NCBI GenBank assembly: GCA_040143965.1 | Contig: JASJQH010006891.1 | Span: 1-51,295 of the forward strand | Reading direction: 5' to 3' | Length of the DNA stretch: 51,295 nt | Source of the DNA: Basidiobolus ranarum | Lineage: Eukaryota | Shown here: positions 12,548 through 24,890 of the stretch, piece after piece | How the letters are laid out: each line of letters starts with the position of its first letter | Numbering within the stretch: the first letter of the stretch is position 1 | Made by a program: the position numbers and the translations under genes | Notes under the pieces: model-generated | Database searches by the model: none | What the model was told of the DNA's origin: nothing | What the model saw: only the letters and a program-made list of their open reading frames with translations

Positions 12548-12573
12548 CCACATCCACATCCACATCCACATCC
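12548..12573. repeat. (CCACAT)4 microsatellite
   Basis: ccacatccacatccacatccacatcc in the divergent promoter region. Confidence 0.85.
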
Positions 12574-12886
12574 AAATTCATCACCACTTGTGAGAGGAAT
12601 ACTAATTAAGGGTGTGGGGCTTCATTGAAATTCGCCGTATTTTGCCCTAAAATAAATATTCTTAATTAATTGACTGTGGGAACTAAAAGAACCATGTGAC
12701 TCATAGTGCGATGAATATTACATGGAATGTATATGAATGAGAGGTTTAGGTGCAAATGGTTCATATATTGTTCATAAAGACTTCGTATCCCCAAAAACAA
12801 ATACCATCCCTTGGTTCTCTCCGTCGTATTTGCCAACTGAGAGAAAGGCAAATAAATAATTTTGAAGCAAATCAGTTCAACTAAAT

Positions 12887-14360
12887 ATGCTCCAGTTCCA
12901 GTGTGCGACCTTCCGGGTAAGACTATCCAGAGGGTTTCATGCTATCTCAAAAAGTCATAGAGATAACCCACAGGTGACTTCGTTTTATGACAGTACAGTA
13001 TCTAATGTAAGGAACAAGTCCAAGGATGTCCTTTAGTTCTATTAACTAATTTAGTTACTTGTTTTTTCTTCAAGTACTGCAATAAGCCACCATCTCCAGT
13101 CAAACTCGGTGACCTCTTAAAGTTTGGAAAACCTCCTTTAAGTACAGAGGCTTTACTAAGTTCAGCGCGATACGCCCACTCTGAACTTCCTGTACGGTTA
13201 GCACGCCGAGTTCAGGCTTTTCAGAAACTCCCCTTTATTGTAGGCACAAATCCTTACATAAAAGGAGTTCATCAAATGTACTATGACTCCTTCGAGAAAC
13301 TTCGGGGTTTCCCTGCGCCAGTCGATAAGGAAACAGACGATAACTATACCGACAGCTTGACTGAGCTTACTCAACAGTTTGCCGACACAATTCCCAAACT
13401 TGCTCAAGGTAAAATTCCATATATACCAACATGTTAGAGTAACTCTTAATGTATCTCTTAAAATTGGATTAGGGTTCATGGAGTGTAAAAAATACATGAA
13501 ATCCGACGATATCGCCAATTTCTTTGACGATTTGATTCGGGCTCGTATTGGTATTCGTTTGATTGCGGAACAACATGTAGCTTTACATTACGCTTCTGGT
13601 GCCTACATTGGGATCATTGATACTCAACTTAATCCCACTAATTTACTCAGACATTGTGCAGGATACGTTCAGGAATTGTGCGAAATGACGTATGGTTCAG
13701 CCCCAGAATTCATTATTAATGGACAGACAGATACTTTGTTTACTTATATTCCGGTGCATTTGGAGTATATTGCTTGTGAACTCCTGAAAAATGCCTTCAG
13801 AGCTACGGTAGAATATAGCCGAAAAAGTAATAGGTTGCATCATCCCTCCATAGAGATTACAGTCACATGTGGGGAGGAGCACGTTGGAGTTAGAATCAGA
13901 GATCAAGGTGGCGGTATTCCACCAGAGCACCAAGAGGGAATATTCCAGTATTCTTATACGACGGTAAAGCACGATGAGGAAGAAGAAAAAGATAGTAGCA
14001 TCTTTTCGGCGCAGACACAACTAGCTATGCAAAGTGGAGTTGGTGGTCCCATTGGTAAGCACATGTATCTTTATTGCTCTACAATGAAATCTTCCTAAAC
14101 GAAAGTCATCTATTTATCACTTCAATTGCTAACTTGACAATTCATAGCTGGTCTTGGATTCGGTAAGTATCTTGCTAAAATCTTATACTGCTGAGCAAAC
14201 AGACTCACTTCGCTTTTCTCTAGGGTTACCTATGGCATTGGTTTATGCCAAATATTTTGGTGGTGATTTAATTGTGAGGTCACTTACTGGCTATGGCTGT
14301 GATGTATTTCTGTCTTTACAAAACATTGGAAATACCGCTACCGGTACTATGCAGATCTAA
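12887..14360 (+). CDS. Mitochondrial alpha-ketoacid dehydrogenase kinase (BCKDK/PDK family)
   Basis: Presequence-like N-terminus; ELPVRLARRVQAFQKLPFIVGTNP; RIGIRLIAEQH; N box ELLKNAFRAT; G1 box IRDQGGGI; G2 box IAGLGFGLPMA (through a 15-nt exon). Confidence 0.92.
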
Positions 14361-14765
14361 TTCTCTTCTTGACATCTCGCCGCCTACCTGATTGTATACA
14401 AAATGATCATCCACAAGAGAGCCTGTCCAGATCCTGACCTTTGAATCCATTTGATAAATATTTAAGGGAGAACCAAGTAATTCGATTAACGTTTGCTTAT
14501 TAAAGGATCTGCTCCACATTCAGTCTAGAAAACTTGACCTCTCACAAATGCTCGTTATTGCTATTTATTATAAGCTGAATGAATTTATGTATTATAAAGA
14601 TATAACCAAGTATCACCATACTGTTGATCCACATACTGCTGATACTAAAATGTACACAACAAAAACCATAAATTATTGATGATGGCCAATCATTACTCAC
14701 GATGTGACATGTTTGAAAGATGATGACATCCGCTGCAAAGGTTTCATTAATTAGTACTGGATGGG

Positions 14766-17700
14766 TTATTGCATGGCGATGGATTGTCTCTCAATCGCTG
14801 AATGTTGATCAATATCTTTATAGACTCTCCAATAATAATCCGCAAACTCGGATTTACCAAGTAGTTGCATAAAGTCTTCGTCGTGGGTAATGACAATCAG
14901 CTGGAAATTGCTTTGTTGTCGACGAATTTTAATAATATTAGCAAGGCTCTCAGCAAGACTTTCGATGTTTGCTCGATCTAGATTCGTGGTCGGTTCGTCG
15001 AGGGCAAGAATGCCACAATTTAGGCAGAAGGTTTCTGCAAGAGCCAGGCGAACTATCAAGGATGTAAGAACCTTTTGACCAGCACTGCAGCGTCCTCTCA
15101 TGTCTAATTCAGTCTCACCTTTAATCATAACTACTCGATAGTTGTAAGAGCGATTTCCTTTAGTATTTTCACAATCAGACCGAATTTCGATGGTGTCAAT
15201 GTCGTTTCCTTGGTAGGTATTCATCCAGAGCTCTCGAATGATTTTGTTGATCTCCTCCATCTTTAGAGAGTGATACTTCATAATAGCGCTATCCAGCGCC
15301 TTGGCATACTTTTCTAAATCTGCATTTGCCATTTCCGAAGTTTTCAATTTGATCACTTGCATACGGTACTGTCCTTCGACATCTTTGTAATCTGTGTCAA
15401 GCTCTTGAATCAACCGGTTCCGCTGGTCTTCAAGCTGTTTAAGCTCTCCACGGAGTCCATATGTTTTGGTTTGTAGCCTACTTTGCTTCTCTTCAAGTTT
15501 ATGAAGTTGAGCAGCATAAGAATCATCGTCGTATTTCTTTCTCTCTACGTATAACATAGATAGATTATTCTCTATGTCGTGGATCTCGCGTCTTGTCTGG
15601 CGGTATCGAATATTGCCATCAATATTCCGTTTCAATTCGTTCATCTGGTGAAGTTGTGTTTTGATCAGGTCTATTTCTTGACGCAATTGCTCCACGATTT
15701 CTTCTTTGTCCCTCGTCATATTGTCCAAATGTTGGATTCGCTCGGCACACTCTCGCAGTTGTTGCTCTTTATTATCTTTCGCATATTGTTGGATTTTACG
15801 TTCAAGAGCTTTGATTCTATTGAATGCCTGTTCAACAGCGTTTGCCTCCCTTTGAACCTCTTCTATATGTTCATCCCCTTCCTTTTGTATCTGGGAACGG
15901 ATATCTTCAATCTCCTTCAATTTGGGAGTCAGTTGTGTGATCTCATCATTATATTTGATTATTTGGTCCTGAGAGTATTGTGACTCTTGTTCCAAATCTT
16001 TGATTGATTTCTGCAGTGCTTCCCTATCTTGAAAAGCGCTCTGGAAGGAATTCAATTCTTTTGTCATTTCACGGATACGGTCTTCACATTCATAGCGAGT
16101 AATTTCCTTTGATGATTTTTCCTCTTCTAGTCGATCGATTTCTCGGCGTAGTGATCGTAATCGAATCTCTAGTGGCTCAAGTTCATTTTGGTATTCCTCT
16201 ATTGTTTTCGTAGAGCCAGAGTGACGAAGCTGACGTTCCTGCTCCTTCAATTCATTATTTATGGCTTTGATTTTCTCGTATATACGAGCAATGTCATCTG
16301 CTTTTTGGCATAAATTCAAAGCGGATTCATATTCAGCTTTCACGGCGGCTAGCTCCATCATTATATTGTCGGTATTGCTTTCCGCAGTTTCTTGCTCTTT
16401 CTCGAGATTCTCGATCTCTTCTTCCAAGTCTGGGATTTCAATTTGTCGTAATTCAACAACGGCATCCCAGGCTGAAGAAAGAGTGCGCAGTTTATCTCTT
16501 TTGATCTCGAATTTCGAAAGCTCATCCTCAGCACTTTCTATTTCAGCGGGAGTTTTAGAGATCTTACTTTCAAGACGACGGATGAATCGCATTTCTTCTT
16601 CATCAGGAAGATCACGAGTACATAATGGGCAAGAGTGTTGTTGCTTGGCTTTGTTAATGAACACAGTATAAAGTTGAGAAGCACTTCGCAGTTGAACTAA
16701 ATTTTCCATTTGCTCTGACACTGCATTTTCGATTTCTTGAAGCATCAAAGGAAACTCAGTGTTGCCGCATACAGCTTCAATCCGCTGCTGCTTTTCCTCT
16801 AGCTCCTTTTTTTTTCTATTCAGAGATTCTTTAGAGATACTTAGTCTAGTGTCAGCGGAAGAAAGCTCCTTGTTAGCAATTTCGAGGCGCTTTTCAATAC
16901 CACGTAGGGAGTTGTCTTTATTTTGCTTATAAGCCTGCATTTCATTTTTTATCTTATCTGCGGCTGGGAGATATCCAATGGAAGAAACAAACTCAGCTTC
17001 ATTAGATTTGATGAGGTTGTTCAACGTCTTCTCACTAGAATCTCGATCCGATTGTAGTAAAGCCAGTTTTGTACGAGTAGAACTTTGTGAATTGAGTGTA
17101 GTTATCTCCTTGTTGATGTTCCAAATGTTCTTTTCTATTTCTTGGCATTCTCTTTTGCTTTTGGCTATCTTTGCTGAACTGTCTTTGGCCTGAATCTCAA
17201 ATTTTAGATCGTCCAGAGCGGACTCCTCTCTCTTGAGCTTAAGAGTAAGCCTCTGGGAGTCACTCTCAGAGACGTCAAATTTTCCTAGTTCAGCTTTTTT
17301 CTCCTCAATCTTGATTTGAAGCTTATCAAGCTGCCCTTGTAGCTTCTGTTTCCCCTCATCACAAGTTGAGATTCGACCTTCAATCGAGGCAAGTTCCAAA
17401 TTAACTTCCCGTTCACGATCACGATACTCTTGACGGGTTTTTTCAGCATTCTCCAATTGGTTCTTGAAGAAGATTTCGAACTCATTATAAAATTCTTCTT
17501 GATCTTGGGGCACTTGAATGCCATTAGAACTAAGCTTGGTCTTGATATGGCTAAGCTCTTGATCTATTTCGACTTTCCGTTTCTGATTTTCATCGTATTC
17601 TCCTTGGAGTCGGCCTCTTGCTTCGCCGCATTTATTTCGATCAGTGTTAAATTGTTCAATAGCTGACAATGCTTCGCCGATTTTGTACTCAAAGTTTTTT

Positions 17701-18910
17701 TGATCCTGCTCACCATTCGATAGTTTTCGTTCGTGTTCCTCCATCAATTCTCTTAATTCCTCATCAGACTCGGTGAATTCAGTGAATTCATTTAACAAGT
17801 CATCACATTTCTCCTCAAGTGTTTTCTTTTTATAGGTCAATTGGGATATCTTAATATCTAGACGTTCAGACTCGCTGTTGGTCTCCACTAGATGACTGAT
17901 TCTCTCAGTGACCTCTTTTAATTGTACATCCAGAATGGAAGTTTGCTTTCCAGTAGATTCAATATTTTCCGAAATGTCATTCAAAAAAGCTCGAACTTTT
18001 TCGGCTTTTTCAGTATTTGCTTTGAGGGAATCCCTTGACTGTGTATCTAAACGTATCTCAATAGCTTGCTCTTTGCGTAAATCTTTGATGTTGTTTAATG
18101 CTTTGGTGTATCGAGTGGCAGCGAAGATTTCATCGAACTTCTTCTTAAGTACGCCTGGTTCGGATAATGGCCAATTGGATTCTTCTTGATGACAAAATAT
18201 CACATTATCGAGAATAGCCTTGGATACACCAAGGTGTAGCGGTAGATCATTATCCAACTCTGCGCAACGACTACTAATGCTGACTTGCTAGTAACATTAA
18301 ATCATCGTTCCGATTAATTCGAGTTTTTTCTGACTTCCATGGTATAAGAAAAGGGAAAAATATATACTAACCTCACCAGTTACTGGATCTTTAGCTAGTA
18401 ATAAGCTTTCCAGCGTTTTTTGCATAACCGAAGTTTTTTTCTGAGTCAATTGAATTGATCTTGTACAAACCATTTGACGTTGGTTGACGTTTTTGAATTT
18501 CAGTTTAATTTGAGCCCGAACTTCCGTTTCATGAGCTACCTGTTTACAAGAGATGAAGGTTACATATAGTTAGTATAAGAGTGACTTTTACATAAATGAT
18601 TCACGAAAAGTACGATCAAGTATTTTATAGCTGTTATACGTACTTTGGGATCATGAATAAAAGCACCACCTTTACTGTTAGGAGGAAGGTCACCCGTGGT
18701 AGCATATTTGAGACATTCGATGATGGTCTATATTCTTGCAACCAATCAATATACAAAACTTTTCTCCAAATATAAACTCAAACTAACCGTTTTCCCGGAA
18801 CCGTTATGTCCAACGATTATGGTTAAGGGAGTATAAAATTCGATAACATTCGTCCCTTGAGGATCAAAAGAACGAATCCCCCGAATTAGGAGTTTTTCTA
18901 TCGACGACAT
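14766..18910 (-). CDS. RAD50: DNA repair protein Rad50
   Basis: [17 protein letters not shown]; Walker [10 protein letters not shown]-loop [12 protein letters not shown]; zinc hook CPLC; signature CSAGQK; Walker [12 protein letters not shown]. Three 5' introns precede a ~3.5-kb last exon. Confidence 0.98.
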
Positions 18911-19624
18911 AAAGTTCTAAACAGTGGCCGTCAAGTATTAAATAGAAAACAATAAACAAAAATTCGCACCAAGCTGTTCGTAGACAGTTCAAGCAAGAAT
19001 TAGGAATTATCGCTGTCACAATAATATAACATTGCGTTTATCCAAGAAGAAATGATCAAAATAAAGCATATATGCATAGGATGATATTTAATTATCTTCA
19101 ATACCCATTTAATGCATTATTATTCAACATGCTAGGTTTGTGAATTGATTGATTTTTATAACATCTCGACTTGTAATGTATTGTCAGTTCAAACTTGAAG
19201 TACAGTGGTTCTATACATTACTTCTTTCAATATAACAGTTTCTTCTGAGATAGATGTGTTTTATGAGGATGATATTCTGGATGTACCACCGTGACAATGT
19301 GCTTTCCTACCGAATGTTAGAATCCATTGTACGAGTCTTTCAATATATCAAAAATTAATCATTTTGTAAAACATTCAACAGTGGTACGCTCTGCCAATGG
19401 GGATTCACTCCTTCATCTCCCCCATCTGAGCCACAGTGTACCTTAGAAATTGACTGGGGAAATAAGGAAATTTTGATGAATTTTCGATTCATGAAGCTAC
19501 ACAGAAACTAAGTTTACTTTTCGAGAACTCACTGCGAATACCCCTGGACAATAAGATTCTCTACACACATTAGAGAATTTCCCTCGCCTTAGATTAGTTA
19601 GCTCCACCAACTCTTTCCACAATA

Positions 19625-20960
19625 ATGCTGTGTATCACTAGCTCATATGGGAGATCCTACTTTTCTCGAAATACGGTTCAAAGTTTAATACAATGTAGTC
19701 GTACTTCCATGTTACGAGCAAACTTTGCAACTTCAACTAATATATCCCCAGAGAAGTATAAGAAAGCTATTCAATATTGTGGAGAGTTAGTTAGGTACGC
19801 TTTCGATTTAAAAATTGAAGTTTATTAGGAAATTTCGTTGCTTATATAGTGTTATCATTTTCTTTCTCACATTAATTGTTGAATTTTCAACAGAAAACAC
19901 GACTATGAAAATTATCTATGCTCCTTGTTTGCACCCACTCAAGCTCGCTCTGCTTTCTGGGCGATACGTGCTTTCAATGTTGAACTTGCTCAGATTCGGG
20001 ATGCTGTCAGTGACGTTCGTATCGGAAAAATGAAAATGATGTTTTGGAGAGATACTATTGAACAAACCTTCGCTGTACGTATTCTCACCGTTTTCTGGAA
20101 TATTGTCAATTCAATTAAAGTGAGATGCATGTATATTTCTAGGGTAAACCACCACAGCAACCAGTGGCATTAGCCTTGGCCCATAGCCTGCAATCTTGTG
20201 ATCTCTCTTCTATGTGGTTCAAGAGAGTTATTTCTGAAAGAGTATGTGGATAGATTTTATAAATAGAAAGAATATATCCTCACCAAAGTTCGCCTGAGTA
20301 GGAAAAAAACTTGGATGATCCACAGTTTATGACTATGACCGACATGGAAACATACTCGGAGAATACCGCATCTGCATTACTTTATTTGCAACTTGAGGCA
20401 TTGGGTATCAAAGATGTACACGCAGATCATGCCGCTACTCACATTGGTAAAGCCAATGGTATTTCCACTTTTCTCCGTGGCATTCCATTCCATGCCAGTC
20501 AGAGAAGAATGATGTTGCCTGCCGAGATTACTGCTAAAGTAAGAGCTCCTTTACTTTTACAAAATCGAAATACTTTAACACAGACTTTGGACACCCTATA
20601 GTACGGTATTTCAGAAGAAGAAGTGTTCCGTAATGGACAAGTGGAGCATTTGGGTGATGCGATCTTTGAAGTAGCTACAGCAGCGCATGATCATCTATTG
20701 ACCGCTCGTTCCTTCCTTCCCAATCTCCCTCCAAGTGCATATCCAGCATTGATGAATGCAGTAAGCTCACACTCCTTTAAAAGGTATAACTTCAACTTGG
20801 GATGGTATTAATAATAATTGATTTCTTGTAGATTCCGTGCGATGTGTTTTTGAAAAAATTAGAAAAAACTGACTTTCAAATATTCAATCCTAAGCTAGCG
20901 ATTCGTGAATGGAAATTACCATTCATCATTTGGAAACGTAACAGGAATATGGAGTTCTAA
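19625..20960 (+). CDS. NDUFAF6: Complex I assembly factor NDUFAF6 (squalene/phytoene synthase-like fold)
   Basis: Mitochondrial presequence; [67 protein letters not shown]. Multi-exon. Confidence 0.9.
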
Positions 20961-21702
20961 AGAAAAGACTCATTTTATCTGCAAACACATGTAAACAAAT
21001 AGCATAATAGATTATCTTCCCCTCTGAATTGCTACTCCTCCCGAGTGTGCGAGTCTCATTCTAGATCTTCCATTCTCACTTGTGTCTTTGTTTCAATCTC
21101 ATCTCATGACATCCCCATGATGTTAGTTCAGTCAAACATCTATAGAATGATTCGCATTATAATCAATATCGATATTTATAAGCATGACAGTGATTTCATC
21201 TGATTCTATCTGATTTCGGGATGGTGATTTATCGTATTTATACCGAACGTGGATCGGTGATTTAACCTGATTTACCCACCCTAACCCAGGTATTTAACCC
21301 GTGAAACACGGTAAATTTATCCGCTTCAATATATAATTATTAGCGTGAGAAGCTATATGGCAAACAATACCGAAAGGAAAAACCTTTACATAACATGAAT
21401 TCATCAATCACATGTTCTCTCGGTTGACTTCGTTTTTCACATGTCCGGAGGTCATAAGCTAAAGGCTAAATGTAAGGGGATATTATTATAATCTCTGAAA
21501 GCCAATCACCGTCTCTCCTTTTCACAAACTGTATCCCCCTTTCCTAAAGCTTAGTAATAATGCATTAGGAAATCTAACCTTCAAATTGAATATATACACC
21601 TTGAAAATTCATTTTATTTCTCTTTCAGCAGTTACCTAAGGTCTTCCCGATAGCAAATACTCTCTAATAATATCTTGGCCTAAGTAACTCTAACTTAACA
21701 AT

Positions 21703-22896
21703 ATGACCATCCCTAACATCTTCATCGTAGCTGCTAAACGTACTCCTTTTGGAGCATTTGGTGGAAAGCTTAAGGAATTGACTGCGAATGAATTAGGTGG
21801 CTTGGCCTCTAAGGCTGCTTTAGAAACTCTTCCTAAAGAGACAAAAGTAGATTCAGTGATTTTCGGAAACGTATGCCAAACCTCAAACGACGCAGCTTAC
21901 TTGGCTAGACATGTTGGTCACCGTGCTGGTTTAGATATCACTGTACCAGCTCTTACTATCAACAGACTCTGTGGTTCTGGCTTCCAAAGTGTCATAAATG
22001 CTTCCCAAGAAATTATCTCTGGTGACTCTGAGGTAGTGTTAACTGGTGGTTCAGAGAGTATGAGTCAAGCTCCCTATGCTTTACGTAACATCCGTTGGGG
22101 TACCAGATATGGCGTTGATTTGAAGGGAGAGGATACCTTGGCCGCAGCTTTGGTAGACCGTTACCCCACACCCACTCCCATGGGCATTACCGCAGAAAAC
22201 CTTGGTAGTCAAAAGGATATCACTCGTGAACAGTGTGATGAATTCGCCCTTTTAAGTCAACAGCGATGGGCCGCTGCTAATGAAGCTGGTCGTTTCAAGG
22301 CCGAAATTGCGCCTATCGATCTTAAAACTAGAAAGGGAGTAGAGAAATTCGATACTGATGAACATCCTCGTCCACAATCCACTTTACAATCATTGGCTAA
22401 ATTGGGACCCGTCTTTAAAAAAGATACTGGTTTAGTAACTGCTGGTAATGCATCCGGTATCTGTGATGGTGCCGCCGCCGTTGTGGTTGCTAGTGAAAAA
22501 GCTGTCAAAGAGTATGGACTCAAACCATTGGTCAGAGTAGTAAGCTGGCATGTGGCCGCTGTTGATCCCTCCATCATGGGCATTGGACCAGTACCCGCTA
22601 TTCGTGAAGCCCTACGCAAAGCCAACTTAACCTTGAAGGATATGGATTTGGTGGAAGTAAATGAGGCATTTGCTGCACAATTCCTTGCTGTCGAAAAAGA
22701 GTTGGGTCTAAACAGAGATATCACCAACACTAATGGTGGTGCCATTGCTCTGGGACATCCCTTAGCTGCATCTGGATCTAGAATCATTGCTCACTTGACT
22801 CACGAATTAAAACGTACCCAAAAGCAGTATGCCATTGGTTCAGCCTGTATCGGTGGAGGCCAAGGTATTGCTGTGATATTAGAGAACGTCGCTTAA
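21703..22896 (+). CDS. ACAA2: 3-ketoacyl-CoA thiolase, ACAA2-type (probably mitochondrial); intronless CDS
   Basis: IFIVAAKRTPFGAFGG; YLARHVG; catalytic NRLCGSG; NEAFA; GHPLAASG; CIGGGQG. No PTS1. Confidence 0.9.
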   Translation: MTIPNIFIVAAKRTPFGAFGGKLKELTANELGGLASKAALETLPKETKVDSVIFGNVCQTSNDAAYLARHVGHRAGLDITVPALTINRLCGSGFQSVINASQEIISGDSEVVLTGGSESMSQAPYALRNIRWGTRYGVDLKGEDTLAAALVDRYPTPTPMGITAENLGSQKDITREQCDEFALLSQQRWAAANEAGRFKAEIAPIDLKTRKGVEKFDTDEHPRPQSTLQSLAKLGPVFKKDTGLVTAGNASGICDGAAAVVVASEKAVKEYGLKPLVRVVSWHVAAVDPSIMGIGPVPAIREALRKANLTLKDMDLVEVNEAFAAQFLAVEKELGLNRDITNTNGGAIALGHPLAASGSRIIAHLTHELKRTQKQYAIGSACIGGGQGIAVILENVA

Positions 22897-23241
22897 TTTA
22901 CCGAGAATCAGTCTTGGCGTTACAACATCTATAAATAAACCAAAATTTCATCATAAAAATATTCTTTCTTGCATATCGCAGAGGAAATGTAGTGTTTAAA
23001 TGTACGTGTATTAATCCTGCAAAACACTGCTTATCTCTTCATATATATACAGGACTACAAGAAGATAAACCAGCGAGAAGAAAGGGGAATTATTAGAGAA
23101 TGTTCGTGGAAATAAGTGATGCAGTTTGTGAAATAGGTGTGTCATACATGAGGAAATGCAAAAATAAATGAGGACATTCAAAATTCAGAGTTATTCGTAA
23201 ACAACGCCAGTAGAAACGGGCATAAGTATTCTGATCTGTCG

Positions 23242-24073
23242 TTAAGGTAAATCTTCGCCAATTGTCTTTGAGAACTCTACCTCAAGCTACATTAGTCAGA
23301 GTTAAGAAGTATCAGTAGATGCTACGTAAGAAGGTAAACAGGTAATGTTTCAACCATGGGAAAAGGATACATAATGATATGCGCATCTGCGTGGATTCCA
23401 GAGCTTCAAACCGACAGGAGCATACACTCTATCATTCTCTACTTCAATAGCTTGGTCAAACTCCCTCATACACTTTCACAAGATGTAAATACGCTATACG
23501 ATTGATAAATAAAATTGGTCAACTAGTTACCTTGTGATAATAGGATCCGAAGCACAGTGGATAGGTGTACAAGGTTAAACACTCTATCAAATGGTCGAGT
23601 GAATGCCGAATCCAACTACATTCTGCACGGTACAAAATTGAGTTGAGTTTACTGATAGATTCTTGGAACTGCGGCAGAGAAACCTGAACAAGATGGGTTA
23701 TCTGTAAGCAGAGTTATGTTGATTGGAGAATAGACCCAGAATAAATCACCTTCTCCATTAGTTCTGGAGGGTATTCCATGGAGAACTGACACCCTTCACC
23801 TATAGTATAGTCCCGTTCAATTCGAAGCTTTCCAGTAAACGGTAAAGGAGTTGGAATATAGGCCACCTCTGCGGCTTCGTCCATATCTTCATCTTCTGAT
23901 AAATCTATGTTCTCCCCAAATACATAGCTAAGCCGTGAAATCACGACACTTGTAAAGTCGCTCGACATTCGTTTTATGGATAACCGACGTAGGCCTCCAC
24001 TCCCTGTATCAACTGTAGGCGATAGTGTGCCTTGCTCTAGAGATACCTCGTTGTCCTCTTTATTCATATTCAT
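23242..24073 (-). CDS. ERF4/GOLGA7-family palmitoyltransferase accessory subunit (4 exons)
   Basis: LRIERDYTIGEGCQFSMEYPPELMEK|VSLPQFQESISKLNSIL...IECLTLY...|CMREFDQAIEVENDRVYAPVGLKLWNPRRCAYHY|LEVEFSKTIGEDLP*. The start is at 24073 or 24067. Confidence 0.85.
23287..23370 (-). other. Probable U12-type (minor spliceosome) GT-AG intron
   Basis: 5' splice site GTATCCTTTT; branch-like CTTCTTAAC ending 14 nt before the 3' end; no polypyrimidine tract. Confidence 0.8.
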
Positions 24074-24890
24074 ATATATCAAAAGTCTTGCTCTTTACAA
24101 GGAAATATATGCAGCTGGTATAAAACGGAAGCGTTGTTCTCAAAAATTTTAATATAATATGCCAGTAGTTAGTAGAAATACAACAGCCTGCAAAGGTATC
24201 AGAAGCCTGGTAAAAGTAAAAAGGTATGTAGGCTGAAGCGCCAATTATAGAATAGGAAAAGGCTTAGGAGAACAGATGTTGAAGAGCACAACATCTTGAC
24301 CAAGATAAGGAGATCAACGCATTTACTTAAAACTTTAACTTAGCTTTACTAGGTGTAAGCAATGAATAAGATAGGGGCATATATATATATATACATTAAC
24401 CATAATAGCTCAAGCAAAGTGACTAGCTTTTCCACCCAAACCCTAACTATCCTTACAACCAATGATGCAAACGACTCTTAAATCCATATTCTCTCTCCAC
24501 TCCAATTGGTATTAAAAGCACCTGTCCCAATAAGGATTACACAATATATATATATATACAGCTTACCCCAACTAAGAAAAGTGAATCGAGTATTTCTTTT
24601 ACAATTTAGAATAATCTCCATGTTTTCTTTGATTGGATTAAATGTTATCCACAGATGGGATCACGGATACAATGTACGTCCTGATGCACTATTAATGGTT
24701 CTCTTTTTGATCGAAGAACTTCCTTTTAGGCCTGTTCTCCACTCACCCCCAAAATTCTCCTTCCATAACTATCCATTCAATTATTTATCTATCTTGGCTT
24801 CTCCTATTCCTTAATTGTGTATTGAAGAGTTGCAAAACTCTTTGTAACTGTATTTTCTTTTCATTTTCTCATAACTACTGGTTACATTCG

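Noticed and set aside
14890-18189. ORF-track ORFs opposite or out of frame within RAD50 (likewise within thiolase, flippase, ALKBH8, RPA49 and TCD)
   Set aside because: These are antisense or alternative-frame shadows of real genes, with no recognisable motifs.
24080-24890. Telomerase RNA suggested by the template-like AACCCTAAC
   Set aside because: There is only a 9-nt match in a divergent promoter, and I saw no pseudoknot or CR4/5-like structure.
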